A stretch of DNA of 64,000 nt from Octopus vulgaris (GCA_951406725.2 OX597817.1:134540001-134604000); one strand, 5' to 3'. Positions 1 through 11,927 are shown, counted from the first letter of the stretch. Notes: generated from the letters alone by a model not told the origin. Numbers and translations are program-made.

Positions 1-708
1 ATATATATATATATTATTTTAACATTTAAGTTTAAATTAAAATACTCAAGAAACTATTTTTTTTCAATTTTACTGACAAAACTAATTACCTGCAAATTTA
101 CACCTTAAAAATTTAATACTACAAATTAGTGCTTCATATATTTAAAAATCACATAATATGAATTAAAGCGAAATTGACCCCTAAGTTCAAAGAAAATAGC
201 TAAAATCATTTCTACATTTTGCATTCAATTTGTTCATTAAACTTTCATTTCTTTTATAATATTCTTCTGTCTGTAAATAGAAAACGCTTTGTTATCAGAT
301 AATGCAAATTTTAAAGAAATCAATTCTTTTGTTTCTTTGAAATTTTTTGAAATTTTTTTACTCTTCTTTTTGAATTACATATATTCTACATGAGTTTAAT
401 TTTAGCACAATATCTGTGATATAAAAGTTTTGTATAATGAGTTTTGTTAAGAAAATAAAATTTAGAAAATAATATGATACTAAATAGAAGGCTAAAATAT
501 TTTACCTTAAATCAAAAATATCAAATTCAATTTTTTTAAAATTTGCAAGGAGAAGCAAACAATATAACAGACACATAATTCGATGTAAAATTTCAGAAAT
601 TTATTTCGCAAATTCTAACTTGAGCAGCAATATTTTAAGTGGAAGATGTTTATAAGCCATTTAAAAACACACAAAAACCGTTAGATTCACTTCAACATTT
701 AAATGTAA

Positions 709-755
709 TTTGTCAAAATATTTTCGTCGCTTTGAAACCGCGACCTGTTCACTGA
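709..755 (-). ncRNA. Minimal hammerhead-like motif, G3-C8 core variant
   Basis: Minus strand: TCA GTGAACA G GTCGC-ggtttcaaa-GCGAC GAAA ATAT TT TGACAAA. Confidence 0.5.
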
Positions 756-770
756 GAGGCAGCACAGAAT

Positions 771-821
771 TTTGTCAGTGAACATGTCACGGTCTCAGAG
801 TGACGAAAATATATTCACAAA
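771..821 (+). ncRNA. Minimal hammerhead-like motif, G3-C8 core variant (decayed copy)
   Basis: TTTGTCA GTGAACA T GTCAC-ggtctcaga-GTGAC GAAA ATAT AT TCACAAA. Confidence 0.45.
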
Positions 822-1247
822 TTAAATGTAAATATTGAAATGACTCTAACGATTTGTGTGTGTTTTAAATGGCTTATAAACACATTCCATGCTGCAATTG
901 TTTTTGTTTCAGCATACGACCTCAGATCAGGTCACTCTCTATGCAAGTACATCTCCGTAATATTTTAAGTTTTTTCCTCTTTACTTTTTCAGCCTTAATT
1001 ACTGCTCGTCCTACTTTTCCCGGGTCAATAATTATTCTGGCCCTCTCAGCTAGCATTTTTTATTCTAGTTAAATAATTAATAAACATATTTATGGTGAAG
1101 AGTCGAATAAGAGAGATGTAAAAGAAATCCAAGTGCAGTTTGAGCCAACTTGAGCATTATATGTAAAGCTTACGGTGTAAAAGATGAATAACAAATGTGA
1201 CTACAATATTTTAATGAAGTAATAATAGGTTTAAAAGAGAAATATTA

Positions 1248-1648
1248 TTCTTTTCTTCTCTAGGCACAAGGCTCGAAATTTTGGGGCAGGGGGCCAGTTG
1301 ATTAGATCGACACTAGAAGTGCAACTGTTACTTAATTTATCGACCTCGAAAGGATGAAAAGCAAAGTCGACCTCGGCGGAATTTGAACTCAGAACGTAAA
1401 ACGTTTCTGCTTGTTTGCCACGCTTGTAGTCATACAAATATTCTTTTCTACTCTAAGCTCAAGGCCCAAAATTTTGCGGGATGAGGCCAGTCGATTAGAT
1501 CAACCCCAGTACGCAACTGATACTTAATTTATCAACCTCAAAAGGATGAAAGGCAAAGTTGACCTCGGCGGAATTTGAACGTAACGGCAGACGAAATACT
1601 GCTAAGCATTTCACCCGGCCTGCTAACGTTTCTGCCAGCTCGCCGCCC
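1248..1648 (-). mobile_element. Two tandem copies of tRNA-derived SINE family A (Nin/Deu-like central domain)
   Basis: Reverse complement of ggcggcgagctggcagaa...gttcaaattccgccgaggtcgactttgcctttcatcctt..ggtcgataaattaagtaccag...aaatttcgggccttgtgcctagag; many similar copies across the window. Confidence 0.85.
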
Positions 1649-1712
1649 TGAAATAGAAATATTATTATTTCTAAATCTCTCAAAGAGAGAAATTCAGTAT
1701 CAGCTCTTTAAA

Positions 1713-1843
1713 GTAAAGATCATTTGCCAACATAATGTGGCTGTCCTGAGAGGGACGATTGTTACTGGTGGTTTAGCCTTAGGAAACATCGTTTCTAGAT
1801 AGCTATACGACACACTATCTGTATCCTTATATTTTCGAATAGG
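1713..1843. mobile_element. Solo arm of the long-TIR MITE family seen at 22203-22593
   Basis: Aligns by eye to 22205-22335 (tttagcc..aggaaacatcgt..ctag..gctatacgacac..atctgt.tccttata.tttcgaa). Confidence 0.6.
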
Positions 1844-2189
1844 TTTAGAATTGGAAAAGGGTTGCATTTATAATATATACACAGGTACAGAATGTTTTCA
1901 AATTTTCCAAGGGAATGAAACTATAGGAAGTGGAAATAAAATGAAATAAATATCATAGAATATTTCTAGATTTATTCATATTTGTTTATAGATATTTACA
2001 TCATTAGATTTAAGATTTTGTCTGGCGCTTGAGATGGCTTGTACCTCTGCTACAGAGGTACGCATGTATGTGTGTGTCTCTGTGTATGTATGTGTGTGTA
2101 TAGGTATATATAAATACATAGATACCATATATAAACGTCTACATACTTAAATGTGTGTGTGTGTGTGTGTGTATACATATATATAAATA

Positions 2190-2555
2190 CAAAAATGGGA
2201 CAAGGACGGATCATTCGGAGTTTTCTATCCTTAGTCGAATTCCGGATTATCTTTGCAATTTCGGCTGGTTATACTCGAGATTGCTCCAATCTTGCCAGCC
2301 CCAAGGAAAATTAAGCTAAGAGCATTACATTCTTTGGACGAAAGCCACGAATGTATACGAAACAAGGACGGCAAAAAAAACGGAGAAATAGTACACAAAT
2401 ACAAATAACAGGACATAACAACAGGTGTCTTTCGACTAAGGACGAATTAATTAAGCTGGCGTGTGTGGATGTAAAGCCCTACGGCAGGAACATAGGATTT
2501 AACAAGCACATGAAGGAATATAGATGTTGCACGGACAGTAGGCCAACCAAGAAAG
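2190..2555 (-). mobile_element. Non-coding dispersed repeat family H3 (other copies 7537-7660 and 19668-19970)
   Basis: Shared blocks with 19668-19970: tgcaacatctatattcct, ttccacacacgccagcttaat, aattgcaaagataatc.gga, aaaactccgaatga.ccgtc. Confidence 0.7.
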
Positions 2556-2991
2556 AAAGGTCGGGCCTGGCCGAACACCGGTCACGTGGGAAGAGAAGAG
2601 AGAAAGGTAGAGGAAGAGGGATAGAAGAATTAAGGAGGGGCGAGAGAAAAATGAAAGAGATACAGTGAAGGGAAAGAGGGAAAGTGAGCATGAAGAGAAG
2701 GCCAGGAAATGTGAGAGAGGGAGAACGAATGAACGAAGAGTGGAATGAACGAAGTGTGAAAGGGCTGAAAGAAAGAAGGAAAGAATGCAAAGAAGAATAG
2801 AGCCGTATAGAATTTGGTCTCTTATATGTGAGTATATATATCTAAAATTTAGATATATATCTATATTTTGTACGACTCTGTTGGAACGGCATTTAACTAC
2901 GCAGAGAGAATCATTGATCGAAATACAAACCTATAATCCCATCAAGAACTGTGATCCAGTTTGGCCAAAGCTACTGACTAAAGCCGTCACA

Positions 2992-3328
2992 ACCCCCTTC
3001 GGTCACGAGTGACTATGGGATTGCACCTACAAATAGTTACCCTCCGAGGCACAAGTCCGGGCAAGGTTGTTTATGGAAGACCAGCAGTCGCCTATGCATA
3101 CTAGTCTCCCTTCTCCACGCTACCGATGTTATCCAAGGGAAAGGCAAAGAGGCCAATACAGCTCGGTACCAGTGACGTCGCAACTCATTTCTACAGCTGA
3201 GTGAACTGAAGCAACGTGAAGTAAAATGTCTTGCTCAAGAACACAACACGTAGCTCGGTCCGGGAATCGAACTTACAACTTCACGATCGTAAGCTCGATG
3301 CTCTAACTATTGAACCATGCGCCTTCAC
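2992..3328 (-). mobile_element. tRNA-derived SINE with CORE-like segment (OR-type)
   Basis: Minus strand: A-box-like tggttcaatagttag, B-box gttcgattcc, CORE-like gtgttgtgttcttgagcaagacatttt. Confidence 0.75.
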
Positions 3329-3384
3329 TGACTAAAGCAGAAGTAAAATGAATGCCTACATACGTACATACATATATACGAAGA

Positions 3385-3495
3385 CAGGTGTGTAAACAAC
3401 AAACAGGTGTATTAGTATAACGCTCGGGAAGGTGAGAAAGTATCTTACGTTTCAAGCCTACGCTCCAAAACAGAAAGGAACAAGAAAATAAATGC
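3385..3495 (-). mobile_element. Short repeat family H2 with decayed hammerhead-like motif
   Basis: Minus: tttCTGTTTTG GAGC gtag GCTT GAAA CG TA aga; flanks resemble 35640-35780 and 47380-47580. Confidence 0.5.
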
Positions 3496-4149
3496 ATCTA
3501 TTTGTGTGTCTGTGTTTGCCCCCCATTGCCTGACAACCGATGCTGGTGTGTTTACGTGCCCGTAACTTAGCGGTTCGAGTACGAAATGCAATCGTTTGGA
3601 CTTCTCCATTCACTGGACATACGTACAGAAAGCAGTAAACATGCGCAGATTGTTTCTGCGCCTTTAGTACCCGCTGGTCAATGTTACATTTTGCACATAT
3701 TAAACACATTATTCCATTGGTATTAACCGACAATATCTGTGAATCTGCATGGCTTCAGGTATGCGGGGTCCAGAGCCCAGCTACATCACCAATCCAGCAT
3801 TTAACAGCTGATACCGATGCACCGAAACAGTTGTAGTGGTTTAGAATAAAACTTGCTCATTCCATTTTTTCCCTATAAAATTCTTATATATATATGTATA
3901 TATATATACATGCATAGATAAGAATATAAACGATTAAGAGTAGATAGATAAAGAGATATACGTAATATGTATACATTGGAGAAAAATAATTATATGTACA
4001 CACAAACGCCCCAACATATATGTATGTATGTATGTATGTATGTATCTATGTATGTATGTATGTATATATGTATGTATATGTGTATGTATGTATGTGTGTG
4101 TGTATGTATGTGGTATGTATGTATGTATATATGTATGTATTGAGAGATA

Positions 4150-4750
4150 AAGAGAAAGAGTGAAGAATGTCTTATTTGACTGCAACAATATTTTAGGATT
4201 GCAAATGTATAATTTAGACTGGCATGTAATTTAATAAGAAAATAGATGAAGACCAAAGTACAAATTATGACCAATAATAGTACAGACACAGTTCTGACAG
4301 AATAAAATTATAGAAACAATCAAAACAAGAATGTTCGTCGCCTTGCAAAGAGACGTTGTTAAGTGCACGAAATATATAGATTGTAGAGTGTAGTACTAAG
4401 ATGTATTGTATCACGTACAGCAGAGATGTTGTAGAATGTAGAATAAGAAATGCCGAGTAGAAAATAGGGCAAAGATAGATTAGAGTGCAACAAAAGATAT
4501 ATTGTAAAATATAGAACATAGAAGAGATATTTGAATTAAGGGCAAATTCGCCTTGTATAGTATTGTAAACAATAAGAAACAATCCATAGCTGAGCATTTG
4601 ACAACGATATAGAATAATATATAAGCGTTTAAGAAGAATATATAGAACGAGAGGGTTAGGACAAAGATATATAGTAAATTCTGGGACCATGAAGCGTAGT
4701 ACAATATTCAATGAGAAATTTTAGATTGTAGAATTTGGGATTAAGTGTTG
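4150..4750. repeat. Degenerate ~25-bp minisatellite (approx. TTGTAGAGTGTAGGACAAAGATATA), left part
   Basis: Recurring ttgtaga.tgtag / gacaaagatata words at ~25-bp spacing. Confidence 0.65.
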
Positions 4751-4759
4751 AATATGGGA

Positions 4760-5657
4760 GACGAGCAGCTGGTAAATTGTGAAAAAACCTGAGGTGGTCC
4801 ATTTTAGCCGTTTGGAACTCTAATCTCTAATCTTCAAAGTAGTATCCTCTCACTTCAATGTACTTGTAACGTTCCAGCCGTTCCAGCCACTTCGTGAAGG
4901 CCATACAAAAGTCTTCTACAGTGAAGGTTTCCAGGACCCTTGTCACAGAATTATCTTCAAAACGTGAGCCCCTGAGATTCTACTTGAACTTGGAGAACCA
5001 AAACTCAGAGAGAGTCAGAGAGCAAGGCCTGGACGTAGGATTGATAAGGGACAGTTTAGATGCCCATCTCTGTCAAGTAGTTACTAGGATCGAATGGTGG
5101 AGTGGAGCATTGTCTTAGTGCAGATACAACCGACCCGAGTGAAAGAGCTTTGGCCTTTTGAAACGAAATCCCTTCCTGAAAGCCCTCAAAACTTACACAA
5201 AAAATTCTGTGTTGACCATCTGACAAGAGGAAACTCCGTGGATGTAGATGATTCACTTACTCTCTAAAAAGGGGATCATAAAGAACTTTGTAGTAGACTT
5301 TCTTTACCTGGCCTTCTTGAACCTGGATGAGTTAGTTCTAAACGTATGCTCGATCCAGTAAAGTTAATCCATAAGCGGCCGGGGATATTTCATAAGAATC
5401 TTTAGCAATTTTCCCCGGTTTAACACTAAACTTTATTACATGCGACCTTCACCTCCCGTCTTCACTGCTCAACTTCAAACTAGAGTTTAGTAGAGTGTGT
5501 TCAAAGTGCTATTACAGTCATCTGCTTCAATCTAGAATAACAAACTTTGGTAGGTCAGTATATTAGATGCACAATTCAATAAAATTGCAATGATTTACGA
5601 CAGTTATTACTGTTTCTCCTTAACAAATGTCTCAAAACTTCTAAAATACACCACGTA
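4760..5657 (-). mobile_element. Decayed mariner (DD34D-type) transposon
   Basis: Minus-strand translation with stops/frameshifts: ...VLRAFRKGFRFKRPKLFHSGRLYLH*DNAPLHHS...LTEMGI...FSKFK*NLRGSRFED...FTKWLER...IEVRGYYFED*; right end ...accacgta resembles a mariner TIR end plus TA. Confidence 0.8.
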
Positions 5658-6300
5658 GATTTAGGGCCAAAACAGATTTTAGAGTGTACAGAAAAATTAT
5701 TTTGCATAATGTAGAACAAAGTGATATTGTCAACTGTAGAGGAAAGATTGTAGTATGTGAGAAAAGATATATTTTAGGGTGTTAAACAAAGAGAATTGTA
5801 GAATGTAGGATAAAGTTAAATAGCAGACTTTAGTAGGGGACATTGAGATGATAAACAGTAACAAGTAGAAGATACTTTGTTATGCATTAGACAAAGATAT
5901 ATGCATGTAAGGTAAAGCAGAATGATATGTAGTAATAGGAGAGAAATGTATAGATTAGGACGTAGGTAACTTAATGACAACTTTATATTGAAGAGCATAG
6001 GACAAAGACATGTAGCAAAGGACAGAACAAATGTATCTAGCAACGACAATACAAACAAATATTGTAGAGTTTAGGACAAATATAGTTGACTGTAGGGCGA
6101 AATGCAATGCAGAGCGCTGGATAAAAGTAGCGTGATAAGTAGAGTGTAAGACAAAAATACATTATAGACAAGATAAAGATATTTTGTTCAGAGAAGGACA
6201 AAGATTAATTGTAGAGTGTAGGGCAATGATATATTGAAGTCGGTAGGATGAGGGAGGTTGTAAACATTGCAGAAATGCAAGACAAAGATAGCCAGGACAA
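5658..6300. repeat. Degenerate ~25-bp minisatellite, right part
   Basis: Same unit as 4150-4750 (attgtagagtttaggacaaatatag; ttgtagagtgtagggcaatgatatattg). Confidence 0.65.
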
Positions 6301-6710
6301 TCAATACACAAGTGTTGGTTATTGCGTGCCAAATACGTTACTGAGTATAATAACTAGGCGAGGGTAACAAATAGTTTTACCCTTAATTTATATGGCAGAA
6401 GAAAATGGAGGGAATCCAGAATCAGCTGTTAGATATTATATTATGTCTATTTCTTTATTTAAAACATTTCTGATAATATATAGTTTAAAATACGAGTAAT
6501 TTCTAGAATAGAGAAAAAGAGCAGTTTCTTACAGCTGTTTCTGTCAATAAGTCACAGTACTCCATATGTTATTTCTATCTTTTCAGTGTACTGTAGTGGT
6601 CTGTAGATAAAATTAGGGTACTTGGGTGTGCCTCTAGGCTTCGTCAGAAAGTTTAGAAGATTGTCCAAGAAGTTCAGAGGGCTAATTTATGAATTGCATA
6701 TATAAATATA

Positions 6711-6851
6711 TTAGGTTGTCCCAAAAGTTCGTAAACACTTGCGAAAATTGAATTTTTACTCGCCAAGTACTAATAAAAGCAACAAAAATTATTCCTCAAA
6801 ATAAAGACCATTATTTTCCAAGACTTTCTACGAACTTTTGGGACAGCCTTA
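6711..6851 (-). mobile_element. 141-bp mariner-derived MITE
   Basis: 23-bp TIRs ttaggttgtcccaaaagttcgta / tacgaacttttgggacagcctta, TA on both sides; internal minus-strand KVLENNGLYFEE* matches a mariner transposase C-terminus. Confidence 0.85.
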
Positions 6852-6894
6852 TATATACATACATACATACACTCTCACACACATATATATATAA

Positions 6895-7075
6895 GACGAG
6901 CTTCCTTCAGTTTCCGTCTACCACTACCAAATTCACTCCTGAGGCTTTGGTTGGCCTGAGTCTGCAGTAGAACACATTTACCCAAGAAGCAATACAGTCG
7001 AACTGAACCCGGAAACATGTGGTTGGCAAGCAAACATCTTACCACACAGCCACGCCTTCTCCCATGCATGCGCCT
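6895..7075 (-). mobile_element. SINE family C, 5' half
   Basis: Minus: gtggctgtgtggtaag...gggttcagttc...ttgggtaaatgtgttctact...gacggaaactgaaggaagc. Confidence 0.7.
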
Positions 7076-7658
7076 ATGCAAAATAAATCTTAGCATTATC
7101 TTATTTTGTTTTCATTTTTATATCTAGTTACGCTGGCAATACTGGACCTCTGTAGTGGTGTTAAACTTTCTGCCGATATCAAGTTATTCTTTAATCGGGT
7201 TTTTAAACAATGTTTTGATCAACGTAAAAAGAAACATCGATTAGACGTTCCCCACAAGGAGACATGTTGACCGTAACGGATCAACCACAAAAAACATTAA
7301 ATATATTCTTACGTCAGCGGAGCGCCAGCTGGCAGTATTGAACTTCTACAAAGAACTTTATATATACATACGTAGAATTATATACGCACGTGTACACCCA
7401 TGTATGTGTACGTATGTACACGACGGTTTAATTGTCCGTCTAAACTTCATGTGCAATATGGTCACAATACCACCGCAGTGAATATTATGAAAAATTGAAT
7501 GTATAAATTTTGTGTGTGTGTGTCTATGTGTATGTATCAGCCGAAATTGCTAGGATGATCCGGTTCTTGACTGAAGATTGAAGGCTTCGAATGTCCCGTC
7601 TGTGTTTTTTGTATCGTCTTCTAAATGTTTTACGTTCTTGTCCCAGTTTGTATTTTTC

Positions 7659-7749
<91 letters not shown>

Positions 7750-8214
7750 TATATATATGCATATATATATTTGTGTATATATGTATATATGTATGTAGAA
7801 TAGTATTATTCCTACATGTAAACATACATAAATACATACATGCATACACACGTAGGTACATATAGAGGTTTCTGGTGAATGAAGGTATTGCTTGATACGG
7901 GTAACCGAAACGGAGCATGTGCCGTTAAACTGCATTTTATTAGAGGTAAAATAGATGCACCAGATGAAAGTAGGACTTGGAAGTATAGTCTTTATGGGCG
8001 TCATGTTCTGTCAAAATCTTTCACAGGCCTTTAGACCATCCTGATAATCTTTTCTGTCCTTAAGGAGAAAACTTTCTGTTGAAGCTCTACAGGATATTCT
8101 ATTCCAATCTCCTTCAACTATTTCTCTACATCTACACATACAGTCCTCTATTACCAATTACTACAAGCATAACATTTACATTATTATTATCATTATTATT
8201 GTTATTATTATTAG

Positions 8215-9240
8215 ACAAAACGAAGAGCGTGATGCGATTGCAATAGTTATTTTATTGGTTGAACGATATTTCAACAGCCAGTCTGTCTTTGTCGAGTTCA
8301 AAATAAAAAGTGATAAATATTCAAAATTATTGAAATTCAAATCTAAAGTATGAATGAGAGCAACCAGCGTCTTCAGGTTGGTGGAATGACATCGTCAATC
8401 TTTAAGTTTCAATTTTATAACAGGCGAATAGAAAAAGACAGAAAAAAAGAAAAAAAGAAAGAAAAATGAAAAGGAAAAAGAAGGAGAATATTTAAACAGC
8501 TTTGTCTAAATTTGATGAAATTCTCCTGTCATTTTATTCATCACTCCAGGGCGTGATGTTAATAACCTGTAAACATATTTTTCCTCATGCATTTTGAGTA
8601 CTGAAAGTGAAGTATAGCAGATTCAGAATAGTTTCTGAGAATTTGCACTTTCAAGTCTTCAAAATTGCAGCCGTTTGATGAAAAATGTTCGGTAAGTTCT
8701 GTCTTACTATAGTTGTTGTGCCTGACGTCATATCTGTGCCCATTAAATCTTTTAATTGTTCTGTTGTACAACCAGCATAAATCAAGTTGTATTTCGTGCA
8801 TTCTGTCGCACACACCGAAAGGGAATCAATTCATGTCCCACCTTCTGTATGAATCATAACATTTCTGTTATGGTTCCTGATGGAATTCACATGACACCTG
8901 TTGTTGCACAATGAACAGGGCTTATCTCTCTTGTGGCTGTTCTTTAAGGTACAGCGTGTAGATACTCCAATGTTCGTTTTCTTGGAGTCAGAAATAAAGG
9001 TCAATAATTCTCTTATAGTCTTATTCCGTCTAAAGTCTACAATAGACGGCTGAAAAATATCTGTTAGAAGCGAGGATATTTTTCCGCAATATGCTGGTAA
9101 CTTTCATGCAACACTTTTGAAACGCCAGCGAAATTTCGGTGCCAGTTAATCACTAAATGAATTCTGTCACATATTGTATTGTGTTTTCTAAAATTAAGCA
9201 TGAAGGTTTGACTTTCTTTGCTAATCTTAGCTATCTCATT
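8215..9240 (-). mobile_element. Penelope-like element remnant (GIY-YIG endonuclease region plus 3' terminus)
   Basis: ORF 8559-8813: KRFNGHRYDVRH...TELTEHFSSNGCNFEDLKVQIL, followed in a shifted frame by YRLLTSRPGVMN; hammerhead-like motif and AATAAA downstream. Confidence 0.8.
8259..8301 (-). ncRNA. Hammerhead-like motif (U3-A8 variant, decayed) in PLE 3' end
   Basis: TTGAAC TCGACAA A GACAG-actgg-CTGTT GAAA TA TC GTTCAA, then ccAATAAA; 6-bp stem I, 5-bp stem II. Confidence 0.55.
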
Positions 9241-9249
9241 TGTTATTTC

Positions 9250-10570
9250 CTTTAATCTCAGAATGCTCGGACTTCTTTATTCTAGTAGATTCTGTGAAAG
9301 TGGAGAGTAGCCCGCTATCAGAGGTCTCACAGGGTCTCTTTCCGCACATTATAAGCTTTGATACTTGGTTGTTAATTATCGTAGGAGACGTTCAACATCC
9401 AAATGCCAATCTCTAAACCCAAGCTGTCCCCAGCAGAAGAGTTTTCTGGGCTTACTCTGCTCTCATGTCAATTCCGATTTCTCTGACATATTACTCGAAT
9501 TAGGTTGTTAGCGCTCTGAGTACCCCTACTACTACTGGAATGACAGATATTCTCTTCATAGTCCTTCGTCTTTTAGTAGTCTATACTTTTCAATCTTTTC
9601 TAGTTCTTTGTCACTTTTGCGTGCATCTCCAGCTATTGCAATATCTATGATCTTGGTTTTTTTTTTTTTTTTGTTTCATCTACCACAATATCTGGTCTCT
9701 CAGCCTCGATTAGGGAGTCACATTGGACTGTAAAATCCCACAGTATCTTATGTTCCTTTTTGTTCATGTTCGTATCATTTACGTGCTCTTTTCAGGTCGT
9801 ACTTTGCACATAGCCTCCAGTGGACGAACTTAACCACGCTTTCGTGTCTGCTTTTCTTGTTCTTTAGGACCAGCGTGCTACACTTGCTCGCAATATATGA
9901 GATTGTTTCGTTTCTACTGCCATACATCCTACAAAGGGGCGATTCCCTTCTTCTCTTTGGATCTTGGTATAATTAGTTCTCAGACCTGGTTTCTGGGCGC
10001 TGTATATCAATGCCTAAGTGCATCCTTTCAGACGACTTTTTCTTAGCCATCTCCAAGTGTTGATCTTTTCTTTTCCTTCGATTTCTCTGAGGTATTGCCC
10101 ATGCTGTGGTTTCATTTTCCAGTTGTTTACTCCTTCTTCATCTTGTTTCTTAAATATTTGAGGGTGCATCACATTATCGGTCGGTATTGTATTGTTAATT
10201 CTGACAGCCGCAAGTAAGGATTCATTCTGCTGTTTGATTTACCATCCCAGACTGTTCTTTTCAACACAGAACTTGCATCCGATGAGACCCATTCCGCCCC
10301 TGTTTCTAAGCTCATATAGACAGTCAGTATCAGTTTTGGGGAGTAGTTCCTTGTTAAGTGTCATTACTTTTCTAGTTTTCCTGTCCATTCCTCAAGCTCG
10401 TACTTCGTCCACCTAACAACACCAGCGCTGTATCGCATTAAGGAAACAGCTCATGTGTTCATTGCCCTGATTTTGTTTTTTCCATTGAATCTATTCTCAT
10501 AATTAACTGAGATATTCTCGCCTAAAGCTTTCCTTCATTTCACTTTCCTTGATTTTGTCGTATTCTAAAC
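9250..10570 (-). mobile_element. R4/Dong-like non-LTR retrotransposon, 5'-truncated and decayed
   Basis: Minus: RGGMGL, KPQHGQYLR, TWRWLRK, CRMYGSRNETISYIASKC (decayed CCHC), RHES, KILWDFTVQCDSLIEAERPDIVV...IIDIAIAGD...KELEKIEKY, QKTLLLGTA: REL endonuclease signature. Confidence 0.85.
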
Positions 10571-10571
10571 T

Positions 10572-10927
10572 ACCATATGGTTGTGATGCATGTGCTTAGT
10601 GTACCCTGATAAGGGTACATACATACATGATAAGGGTACATACACTAGGCACATACATCGCAACCATATGTGCGCGACATGGTGATCTCATATCACGATA
10701 ATCAGCACATGACCTTGCAGGTGAGGACCAGTTAGAATTTTCTTCTGGTCGAGTAACCCATCCCGCTCAAAAGGTCCCTGAATAAGGATTGTTTAAGGGT
10801 GTTGAACGAAACACCTATGTTTCCAAAGGTGAATTATTCAAGCCCCAAAGAATCGCTCTCAACACATGGCTATGATGCTCCCCCACTATTTCTACTCGTG
10901 ATCAGAGATGCACATATCGTCAGCCAC

Positions 10928-10928
<1 letters not shown>
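10572..10928 (-). mobile_element. Non-coding repeat family E, partial copy with inverted 3' end
   Basis: High similarity to 53055-53350 and 53830-54110; 10574-10607 is the reverse complement of the adjacent segment ending at 10670. Confidence 0.8.
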
Positions 10929-10960
<32 letters not shown>

Positions 10961-10963
10961 GAA

Positions 10964-11155
10964 GGCGGCGAGCTGGCAGAATCGTTAGTACGCCGTACGA
11001 AAAATTTAGCAGCGTTTCGTCCGTCTATAGATTCTGAGATCAAGTTCCGCCAAGGCCTTTCAGCCTTTCGGTGTCGATAAACAACTTACCAGTGAAATAC
11101 TGGGGTCAATATAATCAACTGCTCCTCCCGCCCAAAATTTCAGGCCTTGTTCCTA
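10964..11155 (+). mobile_element. SINE family A
   Basis: ggcggcgagctggcagaatcgttag...aaatttcaggccttgt, flanked by (TTA)n. Confidence 0.8.
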
Positions 11156-11504
11156 TTATTATTATTATTATTGTTGTTGTTGTTGTTGTTGTTATTATTA
11201 TTAATTAGTTGATATTTATTGTTTAATTAATATGTTGTGTGCGAATATTAGGCTTCAAGCCAGAAAGATATTTGATATTAGACGCTCCATTGCGTTCGTC
11301 TTCAAGTTGCGTGTCGGTATAATTGCTACAAAATGGCTGCCGCGCTTTTCGCTCTTTCTTTCTTCCAACAAACCCTGTATTTCCTGCATCGACTTTTGCA
11401 AAAAATCTATCGTTTATTGTTTTTCTTCCTTGTTGTTGTTTTTGTCGCTGTTGTCGTCGTCGTCGTTGTGGTTGCTCTTCTTATTGTTCGTTGCAGTCGT
11501 GGAG

Positions 11505-11526
11505 ATGGTGACGATAGCGGTGGTGG

Positions 11527-11562
<36 letters not shown>

Positions 11563-11664
11563 CGATGATGGAGGTGGTGGTGGTGATGGTGGTGATGATG
11601 GTAGTAATGGTGATGGTGGCGGTGATGATGATGGTTATGGTGGTGGTGGTGATGATGGTGGTGG

Positions 11665-11698
<34 letters not shown>

Positions 11699-11927
11699 GA
11701 TGATGATGGTGGTGGTGGTGGTGGTGGTGGTGGTGATGATGGTGGTGGTGGTGGTGGTGGTGGTGATGATGATGGTGGTGGTGGTGATGATGATGGTGGT
11801 GGTGGTGGTGGTGGTGATGATGATGGTGGTGGTGGTGATGATGGTGGTGGTGGTGGTGATGATAATGGTGGTGGTGGTGATGATGATGATGGTGGTGGTA
11901 GTGGTGGTGATGGTGGTGATTATGATG
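11505..11927. repeat. Compound (GGT)n/(GAT)n microsatellite
   Basis: Direct inspection; source of the poly-G/D and poly-V/M ORFs. Confidence 0.95.

Larger units (their letters stand above)
640..889. mobile_element. Fold-back (long inverted repeat) element, probably PLE-terminus derived
   Basis: ~115-bp imperfect arms (tggaagatgtttataagccatttaaaaacacac... / ...gtgtgttttaaatggcttataaacacattcca) around a ~20-bp spacer; each arm carries a hammerhead-like motif. Confidence 0.75.

Noticed and set aside
1-600. Very AT-rich segment as NUMT or transposase remnant
   Set aside because: No recognisable mitochondrial gene, tRNA or convincing transposase motif.
2351-2790. 105-aa and 103-aa ORFs
   Set aside because: Overlap repeat family H3 and a purine-rich low-complexity tract.
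4150-6300. CRISPR-like array
   Set aside because: Units are contiguous and degenerate with no unique spacers; eukaryotic context; no cas genes.
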